Both the position numbers and the translations under genes were made by a program. Positions 17,116 to 26,118 of a stretch of DNA of 32,000 nt are shown in pieces (position 1 is the first letter of the stretch; every line of letters begins with the position of its first letter). The DNA lies in assembly GCF_035285525.1 (NCBI RefSeq), contig NZ_JAYKGW010000209.1, positions 13,264-45,263 on the forward strand. Reading direction: 5' to 3'. Origin of the DNA: Okeania sp. (GTDB lineage Bacteria > Cyanobacteriota > Cyanobacteriia > Cyanobacteriales > Microcoleaceae). The notes beneath the pieces were generated by a model that did not search any database, was not told where the DNA came from, and was given only the letters and a program-made list of their open reading frames with translations.

Positions 17116-17317
17116 CTTAAAAATCTAGGTTAGGTTTCACTCCGTTTAACTCAAAAAAACTTACTAATGTTGGGTTTCGTCCCTCAACCCAACCTACGGC
17201 TTAAAAATCTAGGTTAGGTTTCACTCCGTTTAACTCAAAAAAACTTACTAATGTTGGGTTTCGTCCCTCAACCCAACCTACCCCTAATGTTGGGTTTCGT
17301 CCCTCAATCCAACCTAC
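17116..17317. repeat. Tandem repeat, period 84 bp, two full copies plus a 34-bp partial, upstream of ictB
   Basis: Copies start at 17116 and 17200, with a partial at 17284-17317. Each ends in the hairpin unit ATGTTGGGTTTCGTCCCTCAACCCAACCTAC. An inverted copy of that unit lies at 16921-16944. Confidence 0.85.
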
Positions 17318-17347
17318 GTCTATTATTTATTCTATTAAATTCAGAAA

Positions 17348-18739
17348 ATGAACTCAGTTTGGCAAAAATTAACACTAACTAATCTATCATTCTATGATTC
17401 TGAATGGTTAAACGCTAGCTACCTCTTTGGTTTACTTAATGGTTCCCTCCATAACTGGCGACGAGGTAGTTGGTTAATGCAATGGGGCGAACCCCTTGGT
17501 TTTGTCTTGTTAGCAATTATTTTTAGTCTAGCTCCTTTTGTAAATACTGCTCTCATTGGTTTCTTATTATTTGCTAGTGCTGGTTTTTGGGTATTGCTCA
17601 CTGTCTCGAATAACACTCAAGAATATTTAACTCCTATTCATTTACTAATATTTATTTACTGGAGTATTGCTACATTAGCAGTGGTTGTCTCTCCAGCAAA
17701 AACCGCTGCTTTTAGTGGGTGGGTAAAATTGACGCTTTATTTATTGTTGTTTGTTTCAGGTTCATTGGTATTGCGATCGCCGAAACTCCGCTCTTGGTTA
17801 ATCAACATTTATTTATTAGTTTCTCTCATTGTCAGTTCTTATGGTATTCGACAATGGATAGACAAAGTTGAACCCCTAGCTACCTGGAATGATCCTACCT
17901 CCATCGAAGCAGGTGTAACTCGTGTCTATAGTTATTTAGGAAATCCTAATTTATTAGCTGGATATTTGTTGCCTGCTATTGGTTTGAGTTTTGTGGCAAT
18001 TTTTGCTTGGCGTAGTAGGGCGCAAAAATCTTTAGCAGTAACAATATTTTTAGTTGACTTTGCTTGTTTGCGTTATACAGGTAGTCGAGGAAGTTGGATC
18101 GGGTTTTTGGCTTTGATGTTTGCTATGTTAATTTTAATGTGGTATTGGTGGAACATCTATATGCCTAAATTTTGGCAAACTTGGTCGCTGCCAATAGCTT
18201 TAGGAAGTTTGGGAGGGTTGTTGATTTTAGCAATAATTTTATTGGAACCATTGCGAAATCGTGTTTTTAGTATTTTTGCAGGTCGGCAAAATAGCAGTAA
18301 TAATTTTCGGATGAATGTCTGGATGTCTGTGTTTGATATGATTCGCGATCGCCCAATATTAGGTATTGGACCTGGAAATAATGTGTTTAATAAAATTTAT
18401 CCTCTCTATCAGCGTCCGCGTTATAGTGCTTTGAGTGCTTATTCTGTACCTTTAGAAATAATTGTGGAAACTGGTTTTATTGGTTTTTCTGTTTTCTTGT
18501 GGTTATTGTTAGTGACTGTTAATCAAGGTATGTTGCAGTTAAGACGTTTCCGAGATGTTGGTGACAATCAAGGATATTGGTTAATTGGGGCGATCGCTGC
18601 TATGGTAGGATTAATGGCTCATGGTTTCGTAGATACAGTTTGGTATCGTCCCCAAATTAATACTCTTTGGTGGTTGATGGTGGCTATTGTTGCTAGTTAT
18701 TATAACAGGGAACCTATGAGAGATTCTCTAAAAAGTTGA
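17348..18739 (+). CDS. ictB: IctB-family protein (O-antigen-ligase/Wzy_C-like polytopic membrane protein, historically called a putative inorganic-carbon transporter)
   Basis: 463-aa ORF. It is collinear with the remembered Synechococcus PCC 7942 IctB sequence: VYSYLGNPNLLAGYL, GRQNSSNNFRMNVW, GIGPGNNVFNKIYPLYQRPRYSALSAYSVPLEIIVETG, HGFVDTVWYRPQINTLWWL. Confidence 0.85.
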   Translation: MNSVWQKLTLTNLSFYDSEWLNASYLFGLLNGSLHNWRRGSWLMQWGEPLGFVLLAIIFSLAPFVNTALIGFLLFASAGFWVLLTVSNNTQEYLTPIHLLIFIYWSIATLAVVVSPAKTAAFSGWVKLTLYLLLFVSGSLVLRSPKLRSWLINIYLLVSLIVSSYGIRQWIDKVEPLATWNDPTSIEAGVTRVYSYLGNPNLLAGYLLPAIGLSFVAIFAWRSRAQKSLAVTIFLVDFACLRYTGSRGSWIGFLALMFAMLILMWYWWNIYMPKFWQTWSLPIALGSLGGLLILAIILLEPLRNRVFSIFAGRQNSSNNFRMNVWMSVFDMIRDRPILGIGPGNNVFNKIYPLYQRPRYSALSAYSVPLEIIVETGFIGFSVFLWLLLVTVNQGMLQLRRFRDVGDNQGYWLIGAIAAMVGLMAHGFVDTVWYRPQINTLWWLMVAIVASYYNREPMRDSLKS

Positions 18740-18764
18740 TAATTTAAGCTGATATCATCCGGAT

Positions 18765-18820
18765 AAATATAGTGCTTAAAACTATAAGGATCTAGTTTTT
18801 GAACTCTATATATAGTACCT
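18765..18820. repeat. Divergent copy of the palindromic MITE core, downstream of ictB
   Basis: AAATATAGTGCTTAAAACTATAAGGATCTAGTTTTTGAACTCTATATATAG resembles the ATATAG-N-AAAACTATAG...CTATAGTTTT-N-CTATAT core. The ends are not conserved. Confidence 0.4.
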
Positions 18821-18972
18821 AATTTGTAGAGGGCTTGGTCTCCAAACCCCTACGTTATTTAATTTTACCGATACTACCGGATTTGATATTATCCTTCTGC
18901 CTTTTTTCTATTTTAGCGATCGCTACCTTAATATTTTTTAGCTTATAAAAACAAGTTTTATAATTAATAATA

Positions 18973-20088
18973 ATGAACAAATTTTGGGGGATCACAACTA
19001 TTATTGTTGGAGCTATTAGCTCCATAATTATTTTTCCTACTTTAGCTCAAATCAAGTCTTTTATTTTACCACAAGATCTTGTTATATTTGGGCGTAAAAA
19101 TATATCAATTGCAGCTATTGTACAACTGGAAGGTCTAAATTTATCTCGCCCAAAAGTAACAGGAAAAGCAACTATTCCTCTAAAATTTTTAGATGGTGGA
19201 AAAGCTTTTACTTTAACAGCAACTTTAGGTGGAAAATCGGGTAATTTTTTATTAGATACAGGTGCTTCTACTTCCATCATTGCCACAGAAACAATCAAAG
19301 ATTTAGAATTAACAGGAGAACCAGTGCCACAGGAACTTTTAACTTATGCAGTAGCAGGGGATGAATGTCCGGAAATGAAAGCTAATTTGCATCGTTTACC
19401 TGAGTTAAAAATTGATAATGTTAAAGTTGAAAATTTGACAGGTTTAGAATTTACTACCACCATTATGCCAGAGGGATTATCAGGAGTTTTGGGAATGGAT
19501 ATTTTAAGTAATTTTGATGTGGAAATAAATCCTCAAACTCAAGAATTACGATTACTAGATCCAACTCCAATACCTGATAAAAATATTAATGATTTTATTC
19601 CACTTAAGTCTAAGTTGGGAGTAATGTTAGCAGAGGTAGAAATTAATGGTAATGGTCCGTTTATTTTTATGTTAGATACGGGGGCAGAAAGTATTTTTAT
19701 TTCTCAGAAATTAGCTAGTAAGTTAAATATTCCTGAGGCTGAAAGACAGCCAATTAAAGTGCTAGGTTTTTGTGGCATTGAAATAGCAGAATATGCTTCT
19801 TTAGCTAAAGTAAAAATGGGAAATTCTGAGCTGAAAAATTTAGAAACAGTAATCTTGTCTTCTCCAGTGTTGAAGTTATTAGAAGTTGATGGAATTTTAG
19901 GGCAAAACTTTTTTAACAATTATCAACAATATTGGCGGTTTAACCAAGAAAAACCAGAAAAATTTCCAGCAGAAGGTAGTTTATTATTAACACCACTTAC
20001 GCACAAACCCAGTTTCTCAAAGAAATTTCCTGGTTTGAATCACAATATCACACCAATAAACCCGGTTTCTTGGTCGCTTTGGGTATGA
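18973..20088 (+). CDS. Secreted or membrane-anchored protein with two retropepsin-like (clan AA) aspartic protease domains
   Basis: 371-aa ORF. It has an N-terminal hydrophobic segment (ITTIIVGAISSIIIFPTLA) and two catalytic-type motifs, FLLDTGASTSII and FMLDTGAESIFIS, each followed about 70 aa later by G(V/I)LG(M/Q)(D/N). Confidence 0.75.
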   Translation: MNKFWGITTIIVGAISSIIIFPTLAQIKSFILPQDLVIFGRKNISIAAIVQLEGLNLSRPKVTGKATIPLKFLDGGKAFTLTATLGGKSGNFLLDTGASTSIIATETIKDLELTGEPVPQELLTYAVAGDECPEMKANLHRLPELKIDNVKVENLTGLEFTTTIMPEGLSGVLGMDILSNFDVEINPQTQELRLLDPTPIPDKNINDFIPLKSKLGVMLAEVEINGNGPFIFMLDTGAESIFISQKLASKLNIPEAERQPIKVLGFCGIEIAEYASLAKVKMGNSELKNLETVILSSPVLKLLEVDGILGQNFFNNYQQYWRFNQEKPEKFPAEGSLLLTPLTHKPSFSKKFPGLNHNITPINPVSWSLWV

Positions 20089-20108
20089 TTAATTATTAAT
20101 TTTTTAGT

Positions 20109-20200
20109 CAGGATTTACGCAAAGGTACTATAATATAGAGTCAAAAAACTATAGCGCTATAGTTTTAAACGCTATATATGTCGTATCTGCGTAAGTCCTG
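20109..20200. mobile_element. MITE-like element of the palindromic family, 20 nt after the protease stop
   Basis: CAGGATTTACGCAAAGG...AAAAACTATAGCGCTATAGTTTTAAACGCTATATATG...CTGCGTAAGTCCTG has clear terminal inverted repeats and the TATAGCGCTATA core. Confidence 0.8.
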
Positions 20201-20206
20201 TTGGTA

Positions 20207-20978
20207 ATAATTCAAAAACTATAAATAAACTCCTAAACTTCCACCTGTTCCTTTGAAAAGTGGTATCCTAGATAAAAGTTGCTAAATTCACCTTTTTATT
20301 ACTAAAAAAATAAAGGTCTAAAGCCTCTCTATTCATGGATTAAAAAAAATTATTTTTAGGCAATCCTCTCTTGATCAGGACTTACACGGGAGGAACCCAG
20401 TTTCTACAGTAAATCATTGTTTTTGACAATAAATATCCACCCTCGTACCGGGTTTCTGGGTTCCCGTGGCTTTAGTCCTGTTTATAATGAAGAAGTAATT
20501 ATTAATTATTAGTTATTTAATGGAGATACTAATGAATGATATAGCAGTCGCAGTAAAGGTTAAGATATTTTTACATCCTAAAACATTTTGATATTCTACT
20601 GTTTTCTTTTCCCTATTCCCTTAACTTTAGGATTGCTATAATAATTCAAAAACTATAAATAAACTCCAAAATTTCTACCTGTTTCCTTGAAAAGTGGTAT
20701 CCTAGATAAAAGTTGCTAAATTTGCCTTTTTATTACCAAAAAATTAAGGTATAAAGCCTCTCCATTCATGGATAAAAAAATTATTTTTAGCCACTCCTCT
20801 TCTTTATAAGAAGAAGTAATTATTAATTATTAATTATTGAATGGAGATACTAATGACTGATATAACAGTCGAAGCAAAGGGCGCGGATATTTTTACATCC
20901 TGTTTGCGGAGCATTTCCGTAGGAAAAACCTTTTGATATTCTACTGTTCCCTGTTCCCTCCATACCTATTCCCTTAAC
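20207..20978. repeat. Tandem duplication of a ~340-bp unit ending 12 nt before the bciB-like start codon
   Basis: Copy 1 is 20207-20632 and copy 2 is 20641-20978 (ATAATTCAAAAACTATAAATAAACTCC...GGTATCCTAGATAAAAGTTGCTAAATT...CCCTTAAC). Copy 1 carries a 105-bp MITE insertion. Copy 2 carries a 30-bp insertion (TGTTTGCGGAGCATTTCCGTAGGAAAAACC). Confidence 0.85.
20376..20480. mobile_element. Second MITE type with related termini, inserted in copy 1 of the duplication
   Basis: CAGGACTTACACGGGAGGAACCCAG...CTGGGTTCCCGTGGCTTTAGTCCTG has ~25-bp terminal inverted repeats. It is absent from the paralogous position in copy 2, which serves as an empty-site comparison. Confidence 0.75.
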
Positions 20979-20989
20979 TGACAACTAAA

Positions 20990-22186
20990 ATGACTCAAAA
21001 TATTCTTAAACACAAGAAAGCTAAAGCCCTCAGACCAGGTGCCCGTCGCCCCGCTAAAGAACTGTGTAGCGAATGCGGTTTATGCGATACATATTATATT
21101 CATTATGTCAAGGATGCCTGCGCATTTCTTAATCAACAATTTGATAATCTCGAACAACAAACTCACGGACGGACTCGCAACCTGGATAATGAAAACGAGA
21201 CCTATTTTGGCGTTCATCAAGATATGATGGCAGCTCGGAAAAAACAACCTATCGCCGGGGCACAATGGACTGGTATTGTCAGCGCGATCGCCTGTGAAAT
21301 GCTCAAGCAAAATATTGTCGAGGGTGTGGTTTGTGTGCAAAATACTAAAGAAGACCGCTTTCAACCAATGCCAGTTATTGCTCGTACTCCAGAGGAAGTA
21401 TTGGCAGCAAAAGTTAATAAACCTACTCTTTCTCCTAATCTTTCAGTATTAGAAGAAATTGAAAATTCTGGGTTGAAAAAATTATTAGTGATAGGGGTTG
21501 GTTGTCAGATTCAAGCATTAAGAGCTGTGGAAAAACAATTAGGTTTAGAAAAGCTCTATGTTTTGGGAACTCCCTGTGTAGATAATGTCACTAGAGAGGG
21601 TTTACAAAAATTCTTGGAAACTACAAGTAAGTCGCCAGAAACTGTTGTTCATTATGAATTTATGCAAGATTTTCGAGTACATTTTAAACATGAGGATGGA
21701 ACAATTGAAAAAGTACCATTTTTTGGTTTAAATACTAAAAAATTGAAGGATGTTTTTGCTCCTTCTTGTATGAGTTGTTTTGACTATGTAAATGGTTTGG
21801 CAGATTTGGTAGTTGGATATATGGGAGCTACCTTTGGTTGGCAGTGGATTACTGTTAGAAATGAGACCGGAAAAGAAATGTTAGATTTAGTGATGAATCA
21901 ATTAGATATTCAACCTGTTATGTCTCAGGGAGATAGACATCAAGCTGTTCAACAAAGTATTCCAGCTTATGACCAAGCTGTTACTTTACCAATGTGGGCA
22001 GCAAAATTAATGGGAGTTGTTATTGAAAAAATTGGTCCTAAAGGTTTGGAATATGGGCGGTTTTCTATTGATTCCCATTTCACTAGAAATTATCTTTATG
22101 TAAAGCGAAATTATCCAGAAAAATTAGCAGTTCATGTGCCGGAGTTTGCGAAAAAAATTGTGGGGCAATATAAGTTGCCGAAATAG
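20990..22186 (+). CDS. bciB: FrhB-family Fe-S flavoprotein, probably ferredoxin-dependent divinyl chlorophyllide 8-vinyl reductase (BciB); an HCAR-like paralogue is not excluded
   Basis: 398-aa ORF. The N-terminal Cys cluster ELCSECGLCDTYYIHYVKDACAFL, together with GVGCQIQALR, LGTPCVDN and APSCMSCFDY, is typical of the cyanobacterial F420-hydrogenase-beta-like reductases (Slr1923 type). The call is from memory. Confidence 0.65.
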   Translation: MTQNILKHKKAKALRPGARRPAKELCSECGLCDTYYIHYVKDACAFLNQQFDNLEQQTHGRTRNLDNENETYFGVHQDMMAARKKQPIAGAQWTGIVSAIACEMLKQNIVEGVVCVQNTKEDRFQPMPVIARTPEEVLAAKVNKPTLSPNLSVLEEIENSGLKKLLVIGVGCQIQALRAVEKQLGLEKLYVLGTPCVDNVTREGLQKFLETTSKSPETVVHYEFMQDFRVHFKHEDGTIEKVPFFGLNTKKLKDVFAPSCMSCFDYVNGLADLVVGYMGATFGWQWITVRNETGKEMLDLVMNQLDIQPVMSQGDRHQAVQQSIPAYDQAVTLPMWAAKLMGVVIEKIGPKGLEYGRFSIDSHFTRNYLYVKRNYPEKLAVHVPEFAKKIVGQYKLPK

Positions 22187-22793
22187 TTTTTTAGTAAGCA
22201 TTTAGGAACCAGCATTCAGCTATTTATTTGAGCTTGAGTTCAAAGGTTTATGACTCAGCAATTTTATCTGACTACAAAATTCAGATTTCACTTTCTTTAT
22301 TCGTTTAAATCTCATCCTTAAGGTTGAGGTTTTTATTGCTGAAGTCCTGAGAACTAATAGCTGTTTGCGAAGTATTCCGCAGGAAATGCTTACGTTTGTT
22401 TATTTGCTGGACTTACCTATGAACGCTATTGGTAGTGGACTGTTTCATCTAAAATGGTGCATGGGCTAGGGGCTGGTTTCTCAGGAAATTTTCATGCTTA
22501 CTCTAGGATTTACATAAACCCGTCCCTGAGACGCAGCTCATATTATGAGGCGGGTTTATCTGACAAACCCATGAAAACTTGTTAACTCACTTGTGATTTT
22601 TCGGGAGCCGTAACCCATCTCTACAGTGTCTTCATCTAATTCACATTTTTAGATGAAACATTCCAGTAGGGTGCGTTTCGGCGCTTGAGCTGACATGAAA
22701 AGCGAAGCGTAACGCACCAAAACTCTATACATAAAGTCATAATTTGTTCAAATTCTCCGCTTTGTTGCATGTAAAGTAGCGATCGCTTATTTT

Positions 22794-22940
22794 TACAGCA
22801 GTTTCGGAGGTGCGTGAGGTAAAAAATTTTATTTTCTGTTTAGTAACTCTGGTAACACAACCTTCCAGGTTGTTACAGCAAACGAAGGCTGTGTTACAAA
22901 GATATTTAAGTGTACCTCACCATCCTCATGCATTGCTGTA
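22794..22940. repeat. ~147-bp element bounded by ~28-bp imperfect inverted repeats
   Basis: The left arm TACAGCAGTTTCGGAGGTGCGTGAGGTA pairs with the right arm TACCTCACCATCCTCATGCATTGCTGTA. A solo copy of the right arm (29 nt identical) lies at 3283-3311 and overlaps the stop of the 1077-aa gene. Confidence 0.6.
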
Positions 22941-23521
22941 ATTATTTCATATAGCATCTGGTGAACAGTTGTCCGCAGCAATGATAGGAAGCAATCTCCG
23001 CGCACCCCTGAGATTACTTGCTGCCAAGCTGTTACCGTCGCTGCGGACTTGGGTACAGTTTGGGAACTATAAAATTAGGTAGGGAAATGGGGGATGGGGA
23101 GATAAGGAAATAGTGAATATAGGGCTATTTTTCTATCTGTTTACCTATTCTATTTCTCGATTTCCCCTCCTGGGAGTGGTGAGGGGTGGGTTGTCTCCTT
23201 TGCGAAAAACCCGCACCGCTTGCAAAGATACGCTTAGAGCTTCTATAACACTTCCATTGCAAAGTATGTTGATATAACATGAAGAAAATGCAACAAACTT
23301 TAATATTTTGATACAAAATTCTAGTTGCTCTACTCTAAATGAATTATACCAAAAATTTATTACATTTGAGGTTAAGAAATTTATAAAATAGCTCAACTGG
23401 GACTGACAGTAAAAAAAATCAAAAAAATCAAATCTAAAGTGTGCAAATTGAATTTTATGCTAATATTAAAGTAAAGGAGGCGAGTGCCCAAAAAGTAAAA
23501 GTACACTCGACAAATTTATTT

Positions 23522-25810
23522 ATGGTTAGTAACATTAACACGCAACAAGACCTTTCCAAACTAGAAAGCCAACTAACCTCAAAAGACAAAGCATGGCAAA
23601 GATTCCAACCAGGAACCTGGGTAAATGAAGTTAACCTAAGAGATTTTATCCAGAAAAATTATACTCCATACGAAGGAGATGAGTCTTTCCTGCAAAATGT
23701 CAGTGAATCAACGGAAAAACTCTGGAATGAGGTTAAACAGTTAATGCTCCAAGAACGGGAAAAAGGCGTTTTAGATGTAGAAACGAAAATCCCTTCCAGT
23801 ATTACTGCTTACGATGCAGGTTACATCAATCAAGATTTAGAAAAAATTGTCGGTTTACAAACTGATCAACCTCTCAAACGAGCAATTATGCCTTTTGGGG
23901 GCATTCGAGTGGTTGAGAAATCTTTAAAAGCTTATGATTATGAAATAGATCCGCAAACCCATGAAATTTTCACTCAATATCGCAAAACTCATAATGACGG
24001 AGTTTTCGATGCTTATACTCGTGAAATGCGGAAAGCTCGTCACTCAGGAATTATTACAGGTTTACCTGATTCCTACGGACGAGGACGTATCATAGGAGAT
24101 TATCGTCGGGTTGCTCTATATGGTCTTGATTTTCTACTTGAAGAAAAACAACAACAACTATTTTCCCTAGAATACGATGTTATAGATGAGGAAGTGATTC
24201 GTTTACGAGAAGAAATCTCAGACCAAATCAAAGCCTTGAAAAATTTAAAAGTAATGGCAGCAAGTTATGGTTTTGATTTAGGAAATCCAGCGACAAATAG
24301 TCAGGAAGCTGTACAATGGACATATTTTGGATACTTAGCTGCTGTTAAAGAACAGAATGGTGCAGCTATGTCTTTGGGGCGTGTTTCTACTTTCCTGGAT
24401 ATCTATATTGAAAGGGATTTAGAATTAGGAGTTATCACTGAAGCTGAAGCTCAAGAATTAATCGATCAATTTGTGATGAAACTGCGGATGGTTCGCTTTT
24501 TACGTGCTCCTGAATACAACCAGTTATTTGCAGCAGATCCGGTTTGGGTGACAGAAGTGATTGGGGGAATGGGAGTTGATGGTCGTCCTTTGGTGACGAA
24601 AAATAGTTTCCGTTTCTTACATACTCTCTATAATCTCGGACCTGCTCCTGAACCAAATTTAACTATTCTTTGGTCGGAAAAGTTACCTGTCGCTTTTAAA
24701 GAATATTGTGCCAAGGTTTCTATTGACACCAGTTCTATTCAGTATGAGAATGATGACTTAATGCGTCCAGAATTTGGGGATGATTATGGTATCGCTTGTT
24801 GTGTCTCGGCGATGAAAATTGGTAAACAAATGCAGTTTTTTGGAGCCAGGGTGAACATGGCGAAAGCTTTACTTTATGCCATTAATGGTGGTAAAGATGA
24901 AAAAAGTGGAGAACAAATTGCTCCCTGTTATGCTCCTATTACCAGTGATTATTTAGACTATGAAGAAGTAAACGCTAAGTTTGATGTTTTGATGGACTGG
25001 TTAGCTAAACTTTATGTAAATAGTCTCAATGTCATTCATTATATGCACGATAAATATTCCTACGAAACTATCCAAATGGCATTACACGATCGCGATGTTG
25101 ATCGGACAATGGCTTGTGGAATGGCAGGTTTGTCTGTAGTAGGTGATGCTTTAGCTGCGATTAAGTATGGAAATGTCAAAGTTATTCGTAATGAAGAAGG
25201 GTTAGCAGTTGACTACGAAGTAACACGAGATTATCCAAAGTTTGGTAATAATGATGAACGGGTTGATGGAATTACTTCTGGTGTATTAAGCACTTTTATG
25301 GAGAAAATCCGCAAAAACAAAACCTATCGTCATGCAACCCCTACCCAGTCAATTTTAACTATTACTTCCAATGTGGTTTATGGTAAGAAAACTGGCAGTA
25401 CACCTGATGGACGAAAAGCAGGAGAACCCTTTGCCCCCGGAGCGAATCCCATGCACGGACGGGATACTAAAGGAGCGATCGCTTCGATGGCTTCCATTGC
25501 CAAATTACCTTATGATAATGCTAAAGATGGAATTTCATATACTTTCTCTATTGTGCCTCAAGCATTAGGTAAAACTGACGATGGAAAAGTGAACAATTTG
25601 GTAGGAATGTTGGATGGTTATTTCCATGATACAGGACACCATATTAATGTTAACGTTCTCAATCAGGAAACTTTAATAGATGCAATGAATCGTCCTGAAG
25701 AATATCCTCAGTTGACTATTCGAGTATCGGGTTATGCAGTTAACTTCATTAAGCTGAGTCGTGAACAACAGTTAGATGTGATTAATCGGACATTCCATAA
25801 TAAACTGTAA
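23522..25810 (+). CDS. pflB: Pyruvate formate-lyase (formate C-acetyltransferase), a glycyl-radical enzyme
   Basis: The track ORF starts at GTG 23441. The ATG at 23522 gives 762 aa, matching the E. coli PflB length and alignment ([33 protein letters not shown]). Active-site motif: GIACCVSAM. Glycyl-radical motif: [11 protein letters not shown]. Confidence 0.95.
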   Translation: MVSNINTQQDLSKLESQLTSKDKAWQRFQPGTWVNEVNLRDFIQKNYTPYEGDESFLQNVSESTEKLWNEVKQLMLQEREKGVLDVETKIPSSITAYDAGYINQDLEKIVGLQTDQPLKRAIMPFGGIRVVEKSLKAYDYEIDPQTHEIFTQYRKTHNDGVFDAYTREMRKARHSGIITGLPDSYGRGRIIGDYRRVALYGLDFLLEEKQQQLFSLEYDVIDEEVIRLREEISDQIKALKNLKVMAASYGFDLGNPATNSQEAVQWTYFGYLAAVKEQNGAAMSLGRVSTFLDIYIERDLELGVITEAEAQELIDQFVMKLRMVRFLRAPEYNQLFAADPVWVTEVIGGMGVDGRPLVTKNSFRFLHTLYNLGPAPEPNLTILWSEKLPVAFKEYCAKVSIDTSSIQYENDDLMRPEFGDDYGIACCVSAMKIGKQMQFFGARVNMAKALLYAINGGKDEKSGEQIAPCYAPITSDYLDYEEVNAKFDVLMDWLAKLYVNSLNVIHYMHDKYSYETIQMALHDRDVDRTMACGMAGLSVVGDALAAIKYGNVKVIRNEEGLAVDYEVTRDYPKFGNNDERVDGITSGVLSTFMEKIRKNKTYRHATPTQSILTITSNVVYGKKTGSTPDGRKAGEPFAPGANPMHGRDTKGAIASMASIAKLPYDNAKDGISYTFSIVPQALGKTDDGKVNNLVGMLDGYFHDTGHHINVNVLNQETLIDAMNRPEEYPQLTIRVSGYAVNFIKLSREQQLDVINRTFHNKL

Positions 25811-25843
25811 ACTGACGACATTAGTAGGGACGTTGCATACATA

Positions 25844-26099
25844 AGAGGGCGGGTTTAGTCAAATTTCGGCTATTTTCCTAACTGAAAAACCCAGAGGGCG
25901 GGTTTAGTCAAATTTCGGCTATTTTCCTAACTGAAAAACCCAGAGGGCGGGTTTAGTCAAATTTCGGCTATTTTCCTAACTGAAAAACCCAAAGGGCGGG
26001 TTTAGTCAAATTTCGGCTATTTTCCTAACTGAAAAACCCAAAGGGCGGGTTTAGTCAAATTTCGGCTTTTCCTAACGCCCCTGAAAAACCCGCCCCTAC
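25844..26099. repeat. Tandem repeat, period 49 bp, 5 copies, filling the pflB-pflA spacer
   Basis: Units start at 25844, 25893, 25942, 25991 and 26040 (A[G/A]AGGGCGGGTTTAGTCAAATTTCGGCTATTTTCCTAACTGAAAAACCC). Only the last unit ends in AAACCCGCCCCTAC, which completes the hairpin of the GGGCGGGTTT/AAACCCGCCC element family. Confidence 0.9.
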
Positions 26100-26118
26100 A
26101 ATCGAAAAAAGTAATCAA

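Noticed and set aside
18761-18766. TCCGGA (DIF-like heterocyst promoter motif) downstream of ictB
   Set aside because: It is a single hexamer inside a MITE-related sequence with no convincing -10 at the right spacing. A hexamer is expected by chance at about this frequency.
20520-20936. Short ORFs starting ATGGAGATACTAATG in both copies of the 340-bp duplication (20520-20591 and 20841-20936), considered as a conserved leader peptide
   Set aside because: A 1-nt length difference between the copies shifts the frame after about 13 codons, so the peptides are not conserved. This is not behaviour expected of a coding sequence.
21039-21364. Track ORFs 21039..21227 (+) and 21080..21364 (-) within the bciB-like gene
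   Set aside because: They are out of frame with, or antisense to, a 398-aa ORF that has clear family motifs.
23125-23396. Two overlapping minus-strand ORFs upstream of pflB
   Set aside because: They overlap each other, run through repeat-derived sequence (GGGGTGGGTT...AACCCGCACC), and have no start context or motifs.
23441-23521. GTG start at 23441 for pflB (track ORF, 789 aa)
   Set aside because: The extra 27 residues have no counterpart in E. coli PflB, while the ATG at 23522 gives the canonical ~760-aa length. The AAGGAGG at 23473-23479 is not correctly spaced for either start. The longer form is not excluded.
25844-26099. Checked the 49-bp array (and the other tandem arrays) as possible CRISPR
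   Set aside because: The units abut directly with no unique spacers, no cas genes are in the window, and the unit belongs to a dispersed hairpin-element family.
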